A stretch of DNA of 64,000 nucleotides from an uncultured Phycisphaerales bacterium. Lineage in GTDB: Bacteria > Planctomycetota > Phycisphaerae > Sedimentisphaerales > Anaerobacaceae. The notes under the pieces were generated by a model. It did no database searches, was not told where the DNA came from, and saw only the letters and a list, made by a program, of their open reading frames with translations. The stretch lies in assembly GCA_963718665.1 (NCBI GenBank), contig OY970359.1, positions 1,120,001 through 1,184,000 on the forward strand, written 5' to 3'. The position numbers were made by a program, and so were the translations under genes. Shown piece after piece: positions 19,358 through 30,900 of this stretch (position 1 is the first letter of the stretch; every line of letters begins with the position of its first letter).

Positions 19358-21171
19358 TCAATCGATTTTTTCACCCGTAACTTCCTGAGTATCTCTCGAT
19401 GTTTTCTGCACTCCGGCCAGTTTTGCACCGTCGAGTTTGCAGTCGAAGACAATCGGATATTTGCCGGCTGATACTTTGAAGCTCACTTTATCGCCATCGA
19501 GAGTAATCTTGTTGATTGGCGTCACGCCATACAGGCCGCTCATGTCCGGATTGACCTTGAGGCGCTGCTCCGGGCTGCCCCATTTGACTTTTGAATTTAA
19601 AATCCAGTTTCCGATGAGCTGCGAGCCGGGGCTGTTCGCTTCGACGGGTATTGCATTAGCGTTTGTCTTGAGGATGCGACGGCCCTCTATATGGGATTTG
19701 TTCCCGTTGCAGGTTACGGTTCCCGAAATCCTGCTGCCTTCGATTGTCCCCGTGAAATAGCCGTTGATGATTTCCTTTCTGGATTGCGCCGGCTGGCAAA
19801 ACGTGATTGCTCCGTCCTTAAATCTGACGTCCCCAAGCTCGGTGAGTTGTTTCGAATTTATCCACTGTCCGGTTAACTTGCCTGCGCTGTCCGCCCCAAA
19901 ATATAAAATTGCATTGCCTTGTCCGCCACAGGGGTCTGCCTTCATCAGCCAGTCGCCGTATAACTCACTTGCCCCCATACGAGCCGATTCCGGCAGCGTA
20001 GAAACCGGTGTTTCCGCGATTTTGCTGAGGTCCGGCGGCGTATATCCGGGCGATTTGCCGGTAATAAGCAGTTGCTTCACATAAACGCCAAAATCCGGCG
20101 TCGGCATATAATTCCAGCCCGCTATCAATGTAGGCCCCGCGGCCGGATGCATATCCCACGCCGTGAACGACCAGTTATTATCATAAATTCCCTGGAGCAG
20201 GTGCAGCAGCCAGTCGTCGTTCAGCGCGGCTGACGGATTGTTCCCCCACCACTCCTTGCGCCGATTGGGGCCGCCCGACCAGCCAAATTCGGAAACGATA
20301 ACGGGAAATTTGACGCTGGCTTCTTTCATACTGGCAATCCATGTAAAGATACTTTCGCCAAAGTAGTCATAAGCGTGATTGGCGTAAATGACGCCGTTGC
20401 CCGTCGGGTCTTTGAGCTGTCTGCCCTCAAGTATGCCGTCGAAATCGTATGCAAACGCCAGACCGCCCGCGATGACAACGTTCTTGGCTCCTGTTGAGCG
20501 CACGGCATCGAGCATTTCCTGCATTCCCACGGCTTCGTATTCTTTCACCGGCAAATCGGGTCCGTTTGGCCGGTCATTGATTTCTCCGCCCTTCAGCCAG
20601 ACGTCCCAGGTTACGTCGTGCGGCTCGTTGTAAAGGTCAAAAATAACCGCCGGGTTATTCGCATATACAGAGGCGAAATCCTTCCAGAATATGATGCTGT
20701 TGCGGTCAGGCATCGAATGCTGGTTGATATTCTGTCCCCATTCGTTGACATCGGACCAGTGCAAATCCAGAATAATGTAGCAGCCCTTCGAGCTGCACAG
20801 GTCAACCACCTTTTTTACCAGCGCCGATATGCCTTGCCCTCATCCTTCTGTTCCGGGGCTTTCCCGAACCAGCGGTCCTGCGTTAACGGCAGGCGAATGA
20901 TGTTGCAGTTCCAGTCATCAATAGCGACTCGTACCGTCTCAAGGATATGTCCTTCTCCGTCGCTGGACCATTCAAGGGAGGCGGTGTTTACGCCTCGCAG
21001 CAAAACGGGCTGCTCCTTGCTGTTGAGAACCTGATTTCCTTTTACCTTCAGAGCAAGCGGCGGTGACGTTGATTTTACCTGCATCCCCGATTGCGATTTT
21101 TCCGGCGGCGTCGAGCACCCAGCCAATACAGCCGCTGTAAGCAAAATCGACACAACCAGTTTCACGTTCAT
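19358..21171 (-). CDS. GH5 glycoside hydrolase lipoprotein with C-terminal beta domains; 1-nt frameshift near 20824
   Basis: Lipobox LAGC, LRGVN, NIIRLPL, ILDLHWSD, DLYNEPH, VSEFG; restoring one G gives AYRALVKKVVD. Confidence 0.85.
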
Positions 21172-21245
21172 ACGTTGCTCCTTTCATCAGTCCTTATCTG
21201 GAACAGATATAACTGCCCGGCGAAGAGGGTGTCAATCTGTGGTTT

Positions 21246-21318
21246 AAATCCGAAATGTAAATCGGCAATCGACATTTATCCGCCAGTCAATGTGGCGGAA
21301 TCGCAAATCGGAAATCAA
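21246..21318. repeat. AAATCGG-type heptamers flanking a TCCGCC...GGCGGA hairpin
   Basis: aaatccg aaatgta aatcggc aatcgac ... tccgccagtcaatgtggcgga atcgcaaatcggaaatc. Confidence 0.6.
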
Positions 21319-21319
21319 T

Positions 21320-22393
21320 TTACTCTTTAATGACGACGTTACCTGTCCCTGAAGTGATTCGGCCAATCTTATAGACCTTCTCGCCATAGCCCGTCAGTTT
21401 CTCAGCAATCGAGTCGGCGAAATCCTCCGCGACGACTAAAACGTAACCAATCCCCATATTGAAAACGCGGAACATCTCTTCTTCCTCGACCGGGCCTTTT
21501 TCAGCTAAGAATTTGAAAATCGCAGGGATGGGCCAGCTTTCTTTTTTCAAAACCGCGTCGCAATTTTTCGGAAGCACCCGCGGGATATTGCCGGGCAATC
21601 CCGCCCCCGTGATATGCGCCATACCGTGAATGACTTTTTTGACCTTGTATTGTGAAAGCAGTTTAATAATGGGCCTGACGTAAATCTTCGTCGGCTCAAG
21701 CAAACAATCACCCAGTATCCGCCCATCAAGTTCCGGGATATTATCCGTCGGCTGGAACTGATTGGTCTTGAAGCAGATATTGCGGGCAAGCGCGTAGCCA
21801 TTGCTGTGCAGGCCACTTGAGGCAAGGCCAAGTATTACGTCGCCCTTGCGGACCTCTTTGGTGCCGGAGATGATTTTTTTCCGCTCAACGACGCCCACCG
21901 CGAAACCCGCCATATCAAAATCATCCGTTTTATAAGTATCGGGCATCTCGGCTGTCTCGCCGCCAATCAACGCGCAGTCCGCCATTCGGCAGCCCTTCGC
22001 GACGCCCTTGACCATTTCTGCCACGACGTGCGGGTCGAGCTTATTGAGCGCGATATAATCCAGAAAGAACAACGGCTCCGCCCCCAGCACTAACATATCA
22101 TTAACGCTCATCGCAACCAAATCGATACCCACGGTATCGAAGCGGTTCATTGTCGAGGCCAGAAGCACTTTACTGCCTACGCCGTCGGTGCAGGCGACAA
22201 GCACAGGGTTTTTGTAGTTTCTTTTGAAGAGGCGTTCATCGTAATCGAGGCGGAACAACCCCGCGAACCCCCCCTTAAGCGCCATCACCCGCGGATTGAA
22301 CGTGCTCGCCACGTGCGGGTAAATCAGGTCTTCCATTTCGTCGCTGGCGTCAATGTTCACGCCGGAACTTGCGTATGTTATTGGTTTACCCAT
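21320..22393 (-). CDS. purM: Phosphoribosylformylglycinamidine cyclo-ligase
   Basis: TDGVGSK, GIDLVAMSVND, GGETAEMP, SSGLHSNGY, AHITG.GL, FNMGIG. Confidence 0.96.
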   Translation of the reverse strand: MGKPITYASSGVNIDASDEMEDLIYPHVASTFNPRVMALKGGFAGLFRLDYDERLFKRNYKNPVLVACTDGVGSKVLLASTMNRFDTVGIDLVAMSVNDMLVLGAEPLFFLDYIALNKLDPHVVAEMVKGVAKGCRMADCALIGGETAEMPDTYKTDDFDMAGFAVGVVERKKIISGTKEVRKGDVILGLASSGLHSNGYALARNICFKTNQFQPTDNIPELDGRILGDCLLEPTKIYVRPIIKLLSQYKVKKVIHGMAHITGAGLPGNIPRVLPKNCDAVLKKESWPIPAIFKFLAEKGPVEEEEMFRVFNMGIGYVLVVAEDFADSIAEKLTGYGEKVYKIGRITSGTGNVVIKE

Positions 22394-22411
22394 TTGTTCT
22401 TCCGTATCGAA

Positions 22412-23910
22412 CTATTGCGAATCCTCGAACATCCTCATCTGGTAGTGTTCGAGCGAGAATTTAGTCATAGCTATGTCAACCGGTATTCTGTATTTGCCTG
22501 CCCAGCACGCCGTGCAGTAATGGTCCGGCGGTAAAGTCGCACAGGATAATAGGCCCTCGAGGGACATATAACCAAGCGATTCGACTTCAAGGAACTCGCG
22601 AATCTGCTCTAATGTCCGGTTGTTGGCGATCAGCTCTTCTTTGGTCGGAAAGTCAATGCCGTAAAAACAGGGAAAACGAATCGGCGGACAACTCACCCGC
22701 ATATGAATCTCTTTTGCCCCGGCGTCGCGGAACGCCTTGATTTTGCCCTTGGTAGTGGTGCCGCGGACGATGGAATCATCGACGACGACGATACGTTTGC
22801 CTTTTACGACTTCCCTGATAGGCGCAAGTTTTATTTTTACGGCAAGCTCCCGCGTGTTCTGGTCAGGCGAGATAAACGTCCTGCCGACGTAGTGGCTCCT
22901 GACCATACCCAAATCGAAAGGAATTCCTGATTTTTCAGCGAAGCCAATGGCGGCGGACGTTCCTGAGTCGGGAATAGGAACGACGACGTCGGCTTTGACC
23001 GGATGCTCAACTGCAAGTCGCCGGCCGAGTTTTTTCCGGAATTCGTAAACATTCTCGCCGAATATGCTGCTGTTTGGCTTCGCGAAATAGACGTGCTCGA
23101 ACAGGCAATGTGCGGGCTTGATACTGCCCGGCTTAATAAAGAACCTGCTGGACAGCCCCTTTTTGTCGAGCGTAACGATTTCTCCCGGCTCAACTTCGCG
23201 GATGAATTTCGCGTCGATGGCGTCGAGTGCACACGTCTCGCTCGCTACCACATACGCACCCGCGTCGGTTTTGCCGATGCACAGAGGCCGAATGCCGTAA
23301 GGGTCGCGTGCCGCCTCGATGCGGTCCGGGAAAAGGAATAATAACGAATATGCGCCCTGCAAATGATTGAGGACGTGACCCAGCGGATCGGGTTTCGAGA
23401 CGTGGGTGGGTTTGGCTATAAGATGGGCGATTATTTCAGTATCGGTTGTGGATTTGAATATGCTGCCGTATGCCTCGTATTCGTCGCGGAGCAGGCCTGC
23501 GTTAATGAGGTTGCCGTTATGGGCGATAGCGACCTGGCCTCGTGAATACTCAACGAAAAACGGCTGGCTGTTGGCCACCTTCGATGAGCCGGTTGTTGAG
23601 TAGCGGACATGGCCTATGGCGATTGGGTTGGCTAAACTTTCCATTATGCCTGTGCCCGGCGGAAGACCCGCTGGACGTTGCCCATTGCCGTATAGCAGTT
23701 GATTGTTTCGCCGTTGCTCGACGCGATGCCCGCGGATTCCTGCCCTCGGTGTTGCAGGGCGAAAATACCATAGTATGTTTTCTGCACCGCTGCCGGGTCG
23801 CCGAATATGCCGAACAGGCCGCAGTTTTCCTTCTTATCGCATGTAAAATCTGCCGGTGGTTCGATGTGCTCACCACTGAAAGGCGGACAGTGTTCGCTTT
23901 CGTAATGCAT
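22412..23910 (-). CDS. purF: Amidophosphoribosyltransferase, split by a 1-nt frameshift near 23657
   Basis: Propeptide then CGLFG, LQHRGQESAGI; GHVRYST, AHNGNL, PIPDSG, VDDSIVRGTT, PCFYGIDFP, CTAC; restoring one nt gives VFRPGTGIMESLA. Confidence 0.93.
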
Positions 23911-24064
23911 CAAGATTTACCCCTGGATAACCACCTACCGCCCACGCCTGCCGACGGGCAAGGGTTTGGGGCGATAAAGGAATAGTTTAACTGAACCGGC
24001 TCCTGGCGTCAAGTCCGGCGATAACTTTATATATACGCCGGCGAGGGCAATTTGGGCGGAGGAT

Positions 24065-24484
24065 TTAGGCGTCGGGATACATAAATTCGGGCATCCGGCG
24101 GATTTTGCCCTTGCCATCGACGCAGGCAAGAACGCTTTCGGCCTCGGCTAACAGTTCGCCGGTATTGGGTCTGGTTAGCTTGTAAGAATGCTCAACTTTG
24201 CTGGCGGTAACATTTGTGCAGATTGTTTCGAGGTTAAGCTTTTCATCGTAAAAAGCGGGTCTGCGGTACTTGATGCGCAGCTCGGCTATTACGAAAAAGA
24301 CGCCCGCAGCTTCGAGGTCCTTGTAGGCAAGCCCGTTGGCGCGAAGCAGTTCGGTTCGGCCCATCTCGAAATAGACGGGATAGACGCTGTGATGCACGAC
24401 GCCGCCCTGGTCGGTCTCGCTGTATCGCGGCTGGATGGTTATCGTGCAGGATTTAATCTTTGTACTGTCCGGGAAACCCATCAA
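24065..24484 (-). CDS. YbgC/FadM-family acyl-CoA thioesterase
   Basis: RYSETDQGGVVHHSVY..YFEMGRTELLR. Confidence 0.88.
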   Translation of the reverse strand: MMGFPDSTKIKSCTITIQPRYSETDQGGVVHHSVYPVYFEMGRTELLRANGLAYKDLEAAGVFFVIAELRIKYRRPAFYDEKLNLETICTNVTASKVEHSYKLTRPNTGELLAEAESVLACVDGKGKIRRMPEFMYPDA

Positions 24485-24666
24485 GTTATCACCCTGTTTA
24501 TATCAATTTATCGTATTTCGTAACATCTGGCGGACACAAAGAATACCAAAATCGGGACGGGTTTGTCAAAATATTCAATTGACTTTTGAATGTCGTTATG
24601 GGAAGATTACTGCCTTGTGTTTTAACGGAAATGTTGCGAATTTATACTCCACGAAAGGATATCCAA

Positions 24667-26007
24667 ATGAAAATTAGCACGAAATTGGTTTTATCGGGAG
24701 TTTGCTTGCTGGCTGGAATGGTCTTATTTCAGGGCTGCCAAACGGCGGCGGTAAAAGAAACAAAGCCCGAAGTCAAGCCGGCAGCCCCGGTGGTAAAAGC
24801 TGCCGAGCCGAACGTTGTGGCCAAAGAAGCAAAACCCGAGGTCAAAGTGGAAGCCAAAGAAACAAAGCCCGAAGCCAAAGCTGAAGTTAAGGAAGCAAAG
24901 CCGGAGGTCAAGCCGGCAGCCCCGGAGGTAAAAGCTGCCGAGCCGAACGTTGCGGCCAAAGAAGCAAAGCCCGAAGCCAAACCGGCAGTCCCGGCGGTAA
25001 AAGCTGCCGAGCCGAATGTTGTTGCGGAAAGCAACGGCGTTGCAGTTACAGTTAATGGCAAGGATATTACCGAGGCGGACGTTGACGCCAAGATAAATGC
25101 GTATATGACGCGGATGGCTTCCCAGATTCCGCCGGGTATGACCGAGCAATACAAGAAGCAAATGCGACCTCAGGTGGTCGAGAGTATGGTTATGGAACAG
25201 CTTTTAGATGAGCAGATAAAGAAAGCGAACATCAACATAACCGACAGCGACGTAAACAACAAGATTAACGAAATCATAGCCACCCAGCCGGGTATGACAA
25301 TGGAATCGTTCAAGGAGATGATTACATCACGGGGACAGTCGTTTGACGAGGTAAAAGAGCAGATAAAAAAGACGATGAGTTATGAAAAGCTTATCGCTAA
25401 CGTAGAGGTCAACGACGCCGAGGCGAAGGCGTTTTATGATGAGAATAAAGAGGACTTCAATAAGCCCGAGCAGGTCAAGGCGAGTCATATTCTTGTGAAG
25501 GTAGATGCACCAGCAACGCCTGAGCAGAAGGCGGCTGCTAAAACGAAGATAGAGGGTTTGCTCAAACAGGCAAAGGCGGGCGGAGATTTTGCCGCTCTGG
25601 CGAAGGAGAATTCCGACGACACCGGCTCGAAGATGAGGGGCGGCGACCTTGGATTTTTCGATAAAAACACAATGGTCAAGGAGTTTGCCGACGCGGCGTT
25701 CGCGTTGAAGGTTGGAGATATAAGCGGTGTGGTCGAGACGCAGTACGGCTACCACATAATAAAGGTCACCGACCGCAAAAAGGGCGGCCTGACGCCATTC
25801 GAGAAGGCAAAGCCGGATATCATAAAATCGCTTGAGGACAAAAAGAAAGGCGAGCTGTTCAGGCAGCTTCTTGAGAAAATAAAAGCGGAAGCCAAGATAG
25901 TGTATCCTCCCGGCAAAGAGCCGAAGCCGAGGATGCCGATGATGCCGAAAGGACAGAGACCGAACACACAGGCGCCCCAGTCCGAGTCAGCGCCGTCGCC
26001 GAAGTAA
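24667..26007 (+). CDS. Parvulin/PrsA-like peptidyl-prolyl isomerase lipoprotein with N-terminal repeats
   Basis: Lipobox FQGC; VTVNGKDIT; VKASHILV, DFAALAKENSDD.GS..RGGDLG, EFADAAF, ETQYGYHIIKV; SD AAAGGA. Confidence 0.9.
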   Translation: MKISTKLVLSGVCLLAGMVLFQGCQTAAVKETKPEVKPAAPVVKAAEPNVVAKEAKPEVKVEAKETKPEAKAEVKEAKPEVKPAAPEVKAAEPNVAAKEAKPEAKPAVPAVKAAEPNVVAESNGVAVTVNGKDITEADVDAKINAYMTRMASQIPPGMTEQYKKQMRPQVVESMVMEQLLDEQIKKANINITDSDVNNKINEIIATQPGMTMESFKEMITSRGQSFDEVKEQIKKTMSYEKLIANVEVNDAEAKAFYDENKEDFNKPEQVKASHILVKVDAPATPEQKAAAKTKIEGLLKQAKAGGDFAALAKENSDDTGSKMRGGDLGFFDKNTMVKEFADAAFALKVGDISGVVETQYGYHIIKVTDRKKGGLTPFEKAKPDIIKSLEDKKKGELFRQLLEKIKAEAKIVYPPGKEPKPRMPMMPKGQRPNTQAPQSESAPSPK

Positions 26008-26032
26008 ACATAGTATTGTGAGCGTAAAATAA

Positions 26033-26068
26033 GCTGGGTTCCCGCAGCGAATGGGAACCCGGTTTTTT
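26033..26068 (+). terminator. Intrinsic terminator between convergent genes
   Basis: gctgggttccc...gggaacccggt plus T-tract. Confidence 0.75.
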
Positions 26069-26088
26069 ATTGGCGTTTCGTTTTTATT

Positions 26089-26688
26089 TCAGCACACATG
26101 GGTTTCTTCTGGGAAGTTTAAGCAGGCAAACTCACCGCGATACTTCTTCGCCGCCTCATCATACGCTTTTGCGGCTTCTACTTCAGAGTCGAAGTAACCG
26201 AGAGATATTCTTTTCTTCGACACGCTGATGTATGCTGTCCACTTCCGGTATGCTTTGTAAAAACTGACCCCTTTGAACCGTGATGAGGTATTTTTTCTTT
26301 TTCGCATATTGCCGCAATTCTGTGCACGCGTTGCCAGCCGCAGATTGGCCCTCCTGTTATCGAGAGAATCGCCGTTTCTGTGGTCAACAAGAACGCCTTT
26401 AGGGGCATCCATAATCAACCTGTGCAATCGCACAAGTTTTATATAGTCAGCGCCGATTCTTTGGCCCCTCGTAGCATAGTATTTATTTTTGTTTCCGGCA
26501 GCGTACCATTTGAAGCGGGCAAATTGGTAGTAATCCTTCAGGTCCACGATTGTCCATAGCCTTTCGTCTAAGTAAATTTTCCGATAAGTGTAGCCGAACT
26601 TCAATTGCCGGTAAATCACCACCGGCCACGCAAAAATACGGTCTAACCAAACGGGAATCTTTATTGAAATGTTAATGCCAGTTTCCAT
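26089..26688 (-). CDS. HNH endonuclease with C-terminal AP2 domain (copy 1)
   Basis: LHRLIM...VDHRNGDSLDNRRANLR; SRFKGV...LGYFDSEVEAAKAYDEAA...FACLNFP. Confidence 0.88.
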   Translation of the reverse strand: METGINISIKIPVWLDRIFAWPVVIYRQLKFGYTYRKIYLDERLWTIVDLKDYYQFARFKWYAAGNKNKYYATRGQRIGADYIKLVRLHRLIMDAPKGVLVDHRNGDSLDNRRANLRLATRAQNCGNMRKRKNTSSRFKGVSFYKAYRKWTAYISVSKKRISLGYFDSEVEAAKAYDEAAKKYRGEFACLNFPEETHVC

Positions 26689-26890
26689 ATCTCACCTTCC
26701 TGTCCCCGAGTGTCTGCTAACTTGGCAGGTAACAGGGGATCCAAAAATTGTTTTAAAATCCCAAATTCCACTTTTCAAATTATAAATCAAAAATTGGAAC
26801 AGACCTTATCTTGGCCTGAATCTTGGGACTGCTGTCCCGAAATGCCGTGCGGTTCTCCGCTACTCCTGCCCTGTCTTGGGCTGCTACCTT

Positions 26891-26922
26891 GCCTGCCCTC
26901 CGTAGCCTTTGGCGAAGGAGGG
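26891..26922. repeat. REP-like palindrome in the HNH-AP2 leader; related copies at 27099-27148
   Basis: gcctgccctccgtagcctttggcgaaggaggg. Confidence 0.7.
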
Positions 26923-26923
26923 T

Positions 26924-27065
26924 CCCTCTATATATAGGGTGATTTTGCGTGTGTTTTAAGGAGTTACGAAATATTTTTTTCCTGCCCTAAATCAGTAAGT
27001 TCTTGTGGGAAAAGGAATAAAAAAAATTTCAAAAATCGTGAAATTTTTTTGACAATATAGGTAAT
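26924..27065 (-). promoter_or_regulatory. Conserved 142-bp non-coding block upstream of HNH-AP2 (copy 1)
   Basis: Aligns end to end with 55626-55767; last 47 nt are 40/47 identical. Confidence 0.85.
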
Positions 27066-27265
27066 ATATCAATAACAGTTACACAGTATTACTTCCCGGC
27101 CTGCCCTTCGTAGCAAGCATCGTCCTCCATAGCAATAGCGAAGAAGGGATTTTTTTCGGGCACTTGCGCGACAAGCGTTTTAAGTATCTATATAGATTGC
27201 CCAAATTAACACGGATGGACAAACCGTCCGCGAAATGATTATCACTAAATTATTGCCTACTAACA

Positions 27266-27940
27266 TTAATTCGTAAAATCAAGCAGTAAATGATATACCA
27301 AGAGCTTACGATTATTCGTTATTCTGTTATGCTTGGTTTTATAGCAGTGATTAACATTTTCAACGCGAGCTTCTTGCCATAGACCATCTTCCGTTATGCT
27401 CACTTCTTCACTTCTGCTGAGAGCATCAGGAATTTGTTTGGCCCAATATTCACAATCATCAGATTGAATATATCCCAGCATTCCGCCGGTATTATCTTCT
27501 GGAGCGTAATTTCCTGTTATAAATTCCATCAATCCTTCATTGCCAATATAGTTACCTACAGGAAAATTTTTGTTCTTCAGCCGCTTAGCTTCAAATCGAA
27601 TACGCTTCTGGGGCTTTCTTCCCGCTAACGTGCAAACAATATCAACCCTCTTTCTATTTTTACCCAATCTCCCTTTTGTGTTTTCGGGGGACTCCTCATT
27701 CACAACGTAATTATTTGTCCACTCAGGAGAGGAAAAGCTATCGATATATTCGTTTGTGCATCTCACAAGTTCTCCCGTTATACTTGGCTCTTCTTCGTTA
27801 GAATAGTCATCATTATTTTCTATAAGCCTTTTGTGCCCGGCAATAATCAAACATAAAGCATCGCGATGAAAACCAGCTTCATAATCATTGCTGTCATCTG
27901 ACCGATTGATGCTTAGTTTGTTTTGCCCCGAGATTGCCAT
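27266..27940 (-). CDS. Putative PD-(D/E)XK nuclease paired with the MTase
   Basis: E...KRVDI...RFEAKRL motif; starts 3 nt after the MTase stop; AT-rich. Confidence 0.7.
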   Translation of the reverse strand: MAISGQNKLSINRSDDSNDYEAGFHRDALCLIIAGHKRLIENNDDYSNEEEPSITGELVRCTNEYIDSFSSPEWTNNYVVNEESPENTKGRLGKNRKRVDIVCTLAGRKPQKRIRFEAKRLKNKNFPVGNYIGNEGLMEFITGNYAPEDNTGGMLGYIQSDDCEYWAKQIPDALSRSEEVSITEDGLWQEARVENVNHCYKTKHNRITNNRKLLVYHLLLDFTN

Positions 27941-27943
27941 GGG

Positions 27944-30900
27944 TTATTTGTTTGTTGCCAGTTTCTCCGCAATAAAATCATCAGCTTCCGCAAGAGCCTG
28001 GCTTTTCAACCAGTACAATCTCTGTCGGGGTTTGAATATATACGTTTTTCTACCTTCATGAATTTGTAAACAGCGAGTGAAATATATCCACTGACTTTTT
28101 GCTTCTGTTAATTTTTCCTGTAGCTCGTTCATTATCTGTCGAGTCTTGTTGTCTTCAACTTTATTAACTTCAGGCTCTGTTGCCGTGGATTGTTTAAGAT
28201 GATCAACTATCATAACTGTTGAGTTATCGGAATAATATATCTTTACATTGTGAACTTTGCTCTTGCCGCTATGGTCTAGAAATAGATCAAGCTCTTCCTG
28301 GAATATGCTGGCAAATTCATCTATTTCTTTTTTTGTTGCCGGTTCAATCACATCTTTGGCATCAATAACGCCATCGTTTAGCTTCATTCGAACATTAAGC
28401 ATGTCTTCAATTAGCCATTGTTGTTTTTTGCTTATCCCCAAAAGTGTAAAAACATTATTATTCATTTTCTTTAAGAGATCGTCCAATCTTGGTAATGAGT
28501 CCTTCGGTTTGGACGAGTCGCCTAGATGTTCAAACAACGGTGTTCGTTCATATCCTCGACTTTTTACTCTTAGTCGCCTTTCTCTTTCCTCCGCTTCGGC
28601 TATTTCATCATGAAGCTTAGCCCATTCAGTTAAAGCGCTATCTGAAAGCTCAGATAATGGCACCGGTAGCTTCTTAAGATCATAAAGATTCGGCCGGTCT
28701 CTCTCTATACCCCATGCAGCACTAGTTAGCCATTGTTGGTATTTGACAAATTGCGATTTAAGATATAATGCCAGAGCCTTTAACAATCTCTTTTGATTAT
28801 CTTGACCTGCAATTCCTATCTGTCGAGGAGGTATCATAAAATCAACCTCCGAGTAAACAGAAAAGCTTCTGGAAGCCGAAATTATTATGTGGGGTGCTTT
28901 AAATAATTTCAACCCGGCTTTTCCACCTCTATTTCTCAAATAAACGTCGTTACGACCAAAGCTTTTGTAAACATTACTTTGTAGAGCAAAACAATCCTCA
29001 GGAATCTCTTCAACATTGGTGTAGTATTTATCTACGTATTCAGGGTAATACTTGTGATTAGCTTTAAACTTTGTAAGACGATCCTGATAACTTTCGAGCG
29101 TCTCCGACTCGGACCTGATTGGTAATGTTCTAAATTCAGGCCCTTGATTCATGGCCAAACCATAGTGATTCTTAAAAGCCAAAATATCATTGTATTTATT
29201 TAATATAATATCTAATAAATATTTATCTCGGTGCATACCCCACATTGCTGTTTTCCAGGGTATGGAAGAACCATCCTTGATATCTCTAAAGGATATTTCT
29301 TTTATCGTGGAATAATTCACAAAAATAGACCATATCCTTTTAGTTTCGCCTTTCTGGCTAAGTTGGGATGCATGCTCTACTGCAAAAGGAGCATAAGTAG
29401 TTATGTAATGCTCCGATTTATTCCAATCTTTTTTGCCGGAATAGAAAAATGCTGCCGCAGGATTAATTGCCTCTTCGAACAAATATCTTCTGATATTTGC
29501 AAAATTTACAATACACCACGTTTCGATTTCAGAAAAGAATTTAGCCCTAAATCGGTGCCCCTGTTTTTTGAATAATGTCAGGGCGGGCATAAGTAGCCCG
29601 CATTGTCCGTCTTCACTTAGAAATTGAGTTGCTTTCCAAGCAAATGCTTCCGCCAATTGGTAGTTATCAACTGGATATGTTTTGTTATTGGCATCTATCC
29701 AATCAATGGCCTTACAATCAGATAACTTTTTGTCTTTCTTTTTGTTTATATTTTTCCATGGCGGATTACCGATAATCCAGTCATAGCTTTGCTTAGGTAT
29801 AGATACATCATCTTCGTCAAAAAAACCGCCTTTGCAGTGGAAAATATTTTGGTTGTGCAAATTTGGAAGTCTGAAAGTAGGATAAGTTCTCAGATCGTGA
29901 GGTTCGATATAATCGAGCAAAGTAAGAGATAAACTTAATTCTGCTACCCGGCAAGCCTCCTCGTCTGCATCCAGACCAAAAATATGATCAACTAAAAGCT
30001 TTCTTAATTCTGTAGGATTGAGTTTGGCTTTTCTACTTCTTACGATGCTTTCGACCAATCTTCGATAACATTGAACCAGAAATGCCCCCGAACCACATGA
30101 CGGGTCAAAAACTTTCATTCCCTCCTTGAGAGGTTTTTTAGTGTCTAATTCATCAAGTATGAAATTAACCAAATGAACAGGGGTGTAATAAGCACCTTTT
30201 TCTTTTCCCTCACCCTCTTGGTGTAAAAACTGTTGATAAACTACAGACAGGGTTTCTATGGGAATGCAAGAAAAATCATACATACTAAACAGAACCTGTT
30301 GAACGCTTTCAGGATCATCACCTTTGAAAACACTAGCAACTTTTTTGATATGTTTTGCTTGTATATTATTAGTGCTTGGCAACGGGAAAACCGAGCCGTT
30401 TAAAAAAACGTTCAAGTATTCTTCAAGCTCATAAAGCTTAGTCTTATTAGCATTTCTACCAAAAATATCATCTACATTATTCTTTGCTTTTTCAAACCGT
30501 TCATCAGAGAGAATGCCCCTGTCTCTTAGATATTTCAAGTAAATGTATTTTCCTATTAAGATATGAGCCTGTTCCATTGGCAGATTGTAATTTTTGCCGG
30601 TAAGAACTGTGGCGAGTTTTTTAAGGTTTCCTAGCAGATGCCGATCAACTCGTTTCTCAGTTGAGATTATTTTTTGCTTCCAAATGTCTCCAGAGTCAAT
30701 AGCTTCGGATTTGAACGCAGAAAGTTTACTCAAAACTTCCGTGGCATTTTTGGCTACTTCTAAAAATCTTTCTTCTTCACTTTGATTACGGTCATATTCG
30801 AAGCCAGAATATAAACGGAATTTCTTTGGTGTAACAACAAGCAAAAAGGGGACTATGTTTTGGTTCCAGACCCTATGATGGATTTTTTCAGCTTTATCCT

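Noticed and set aside
23644..23913. purF as a genuine two-gene split or programmed frameshift
   Set aside because: The break is inside the glutaminase domain, there is no slippery heptamer, and one added base restores a normal protein like the three other cases.
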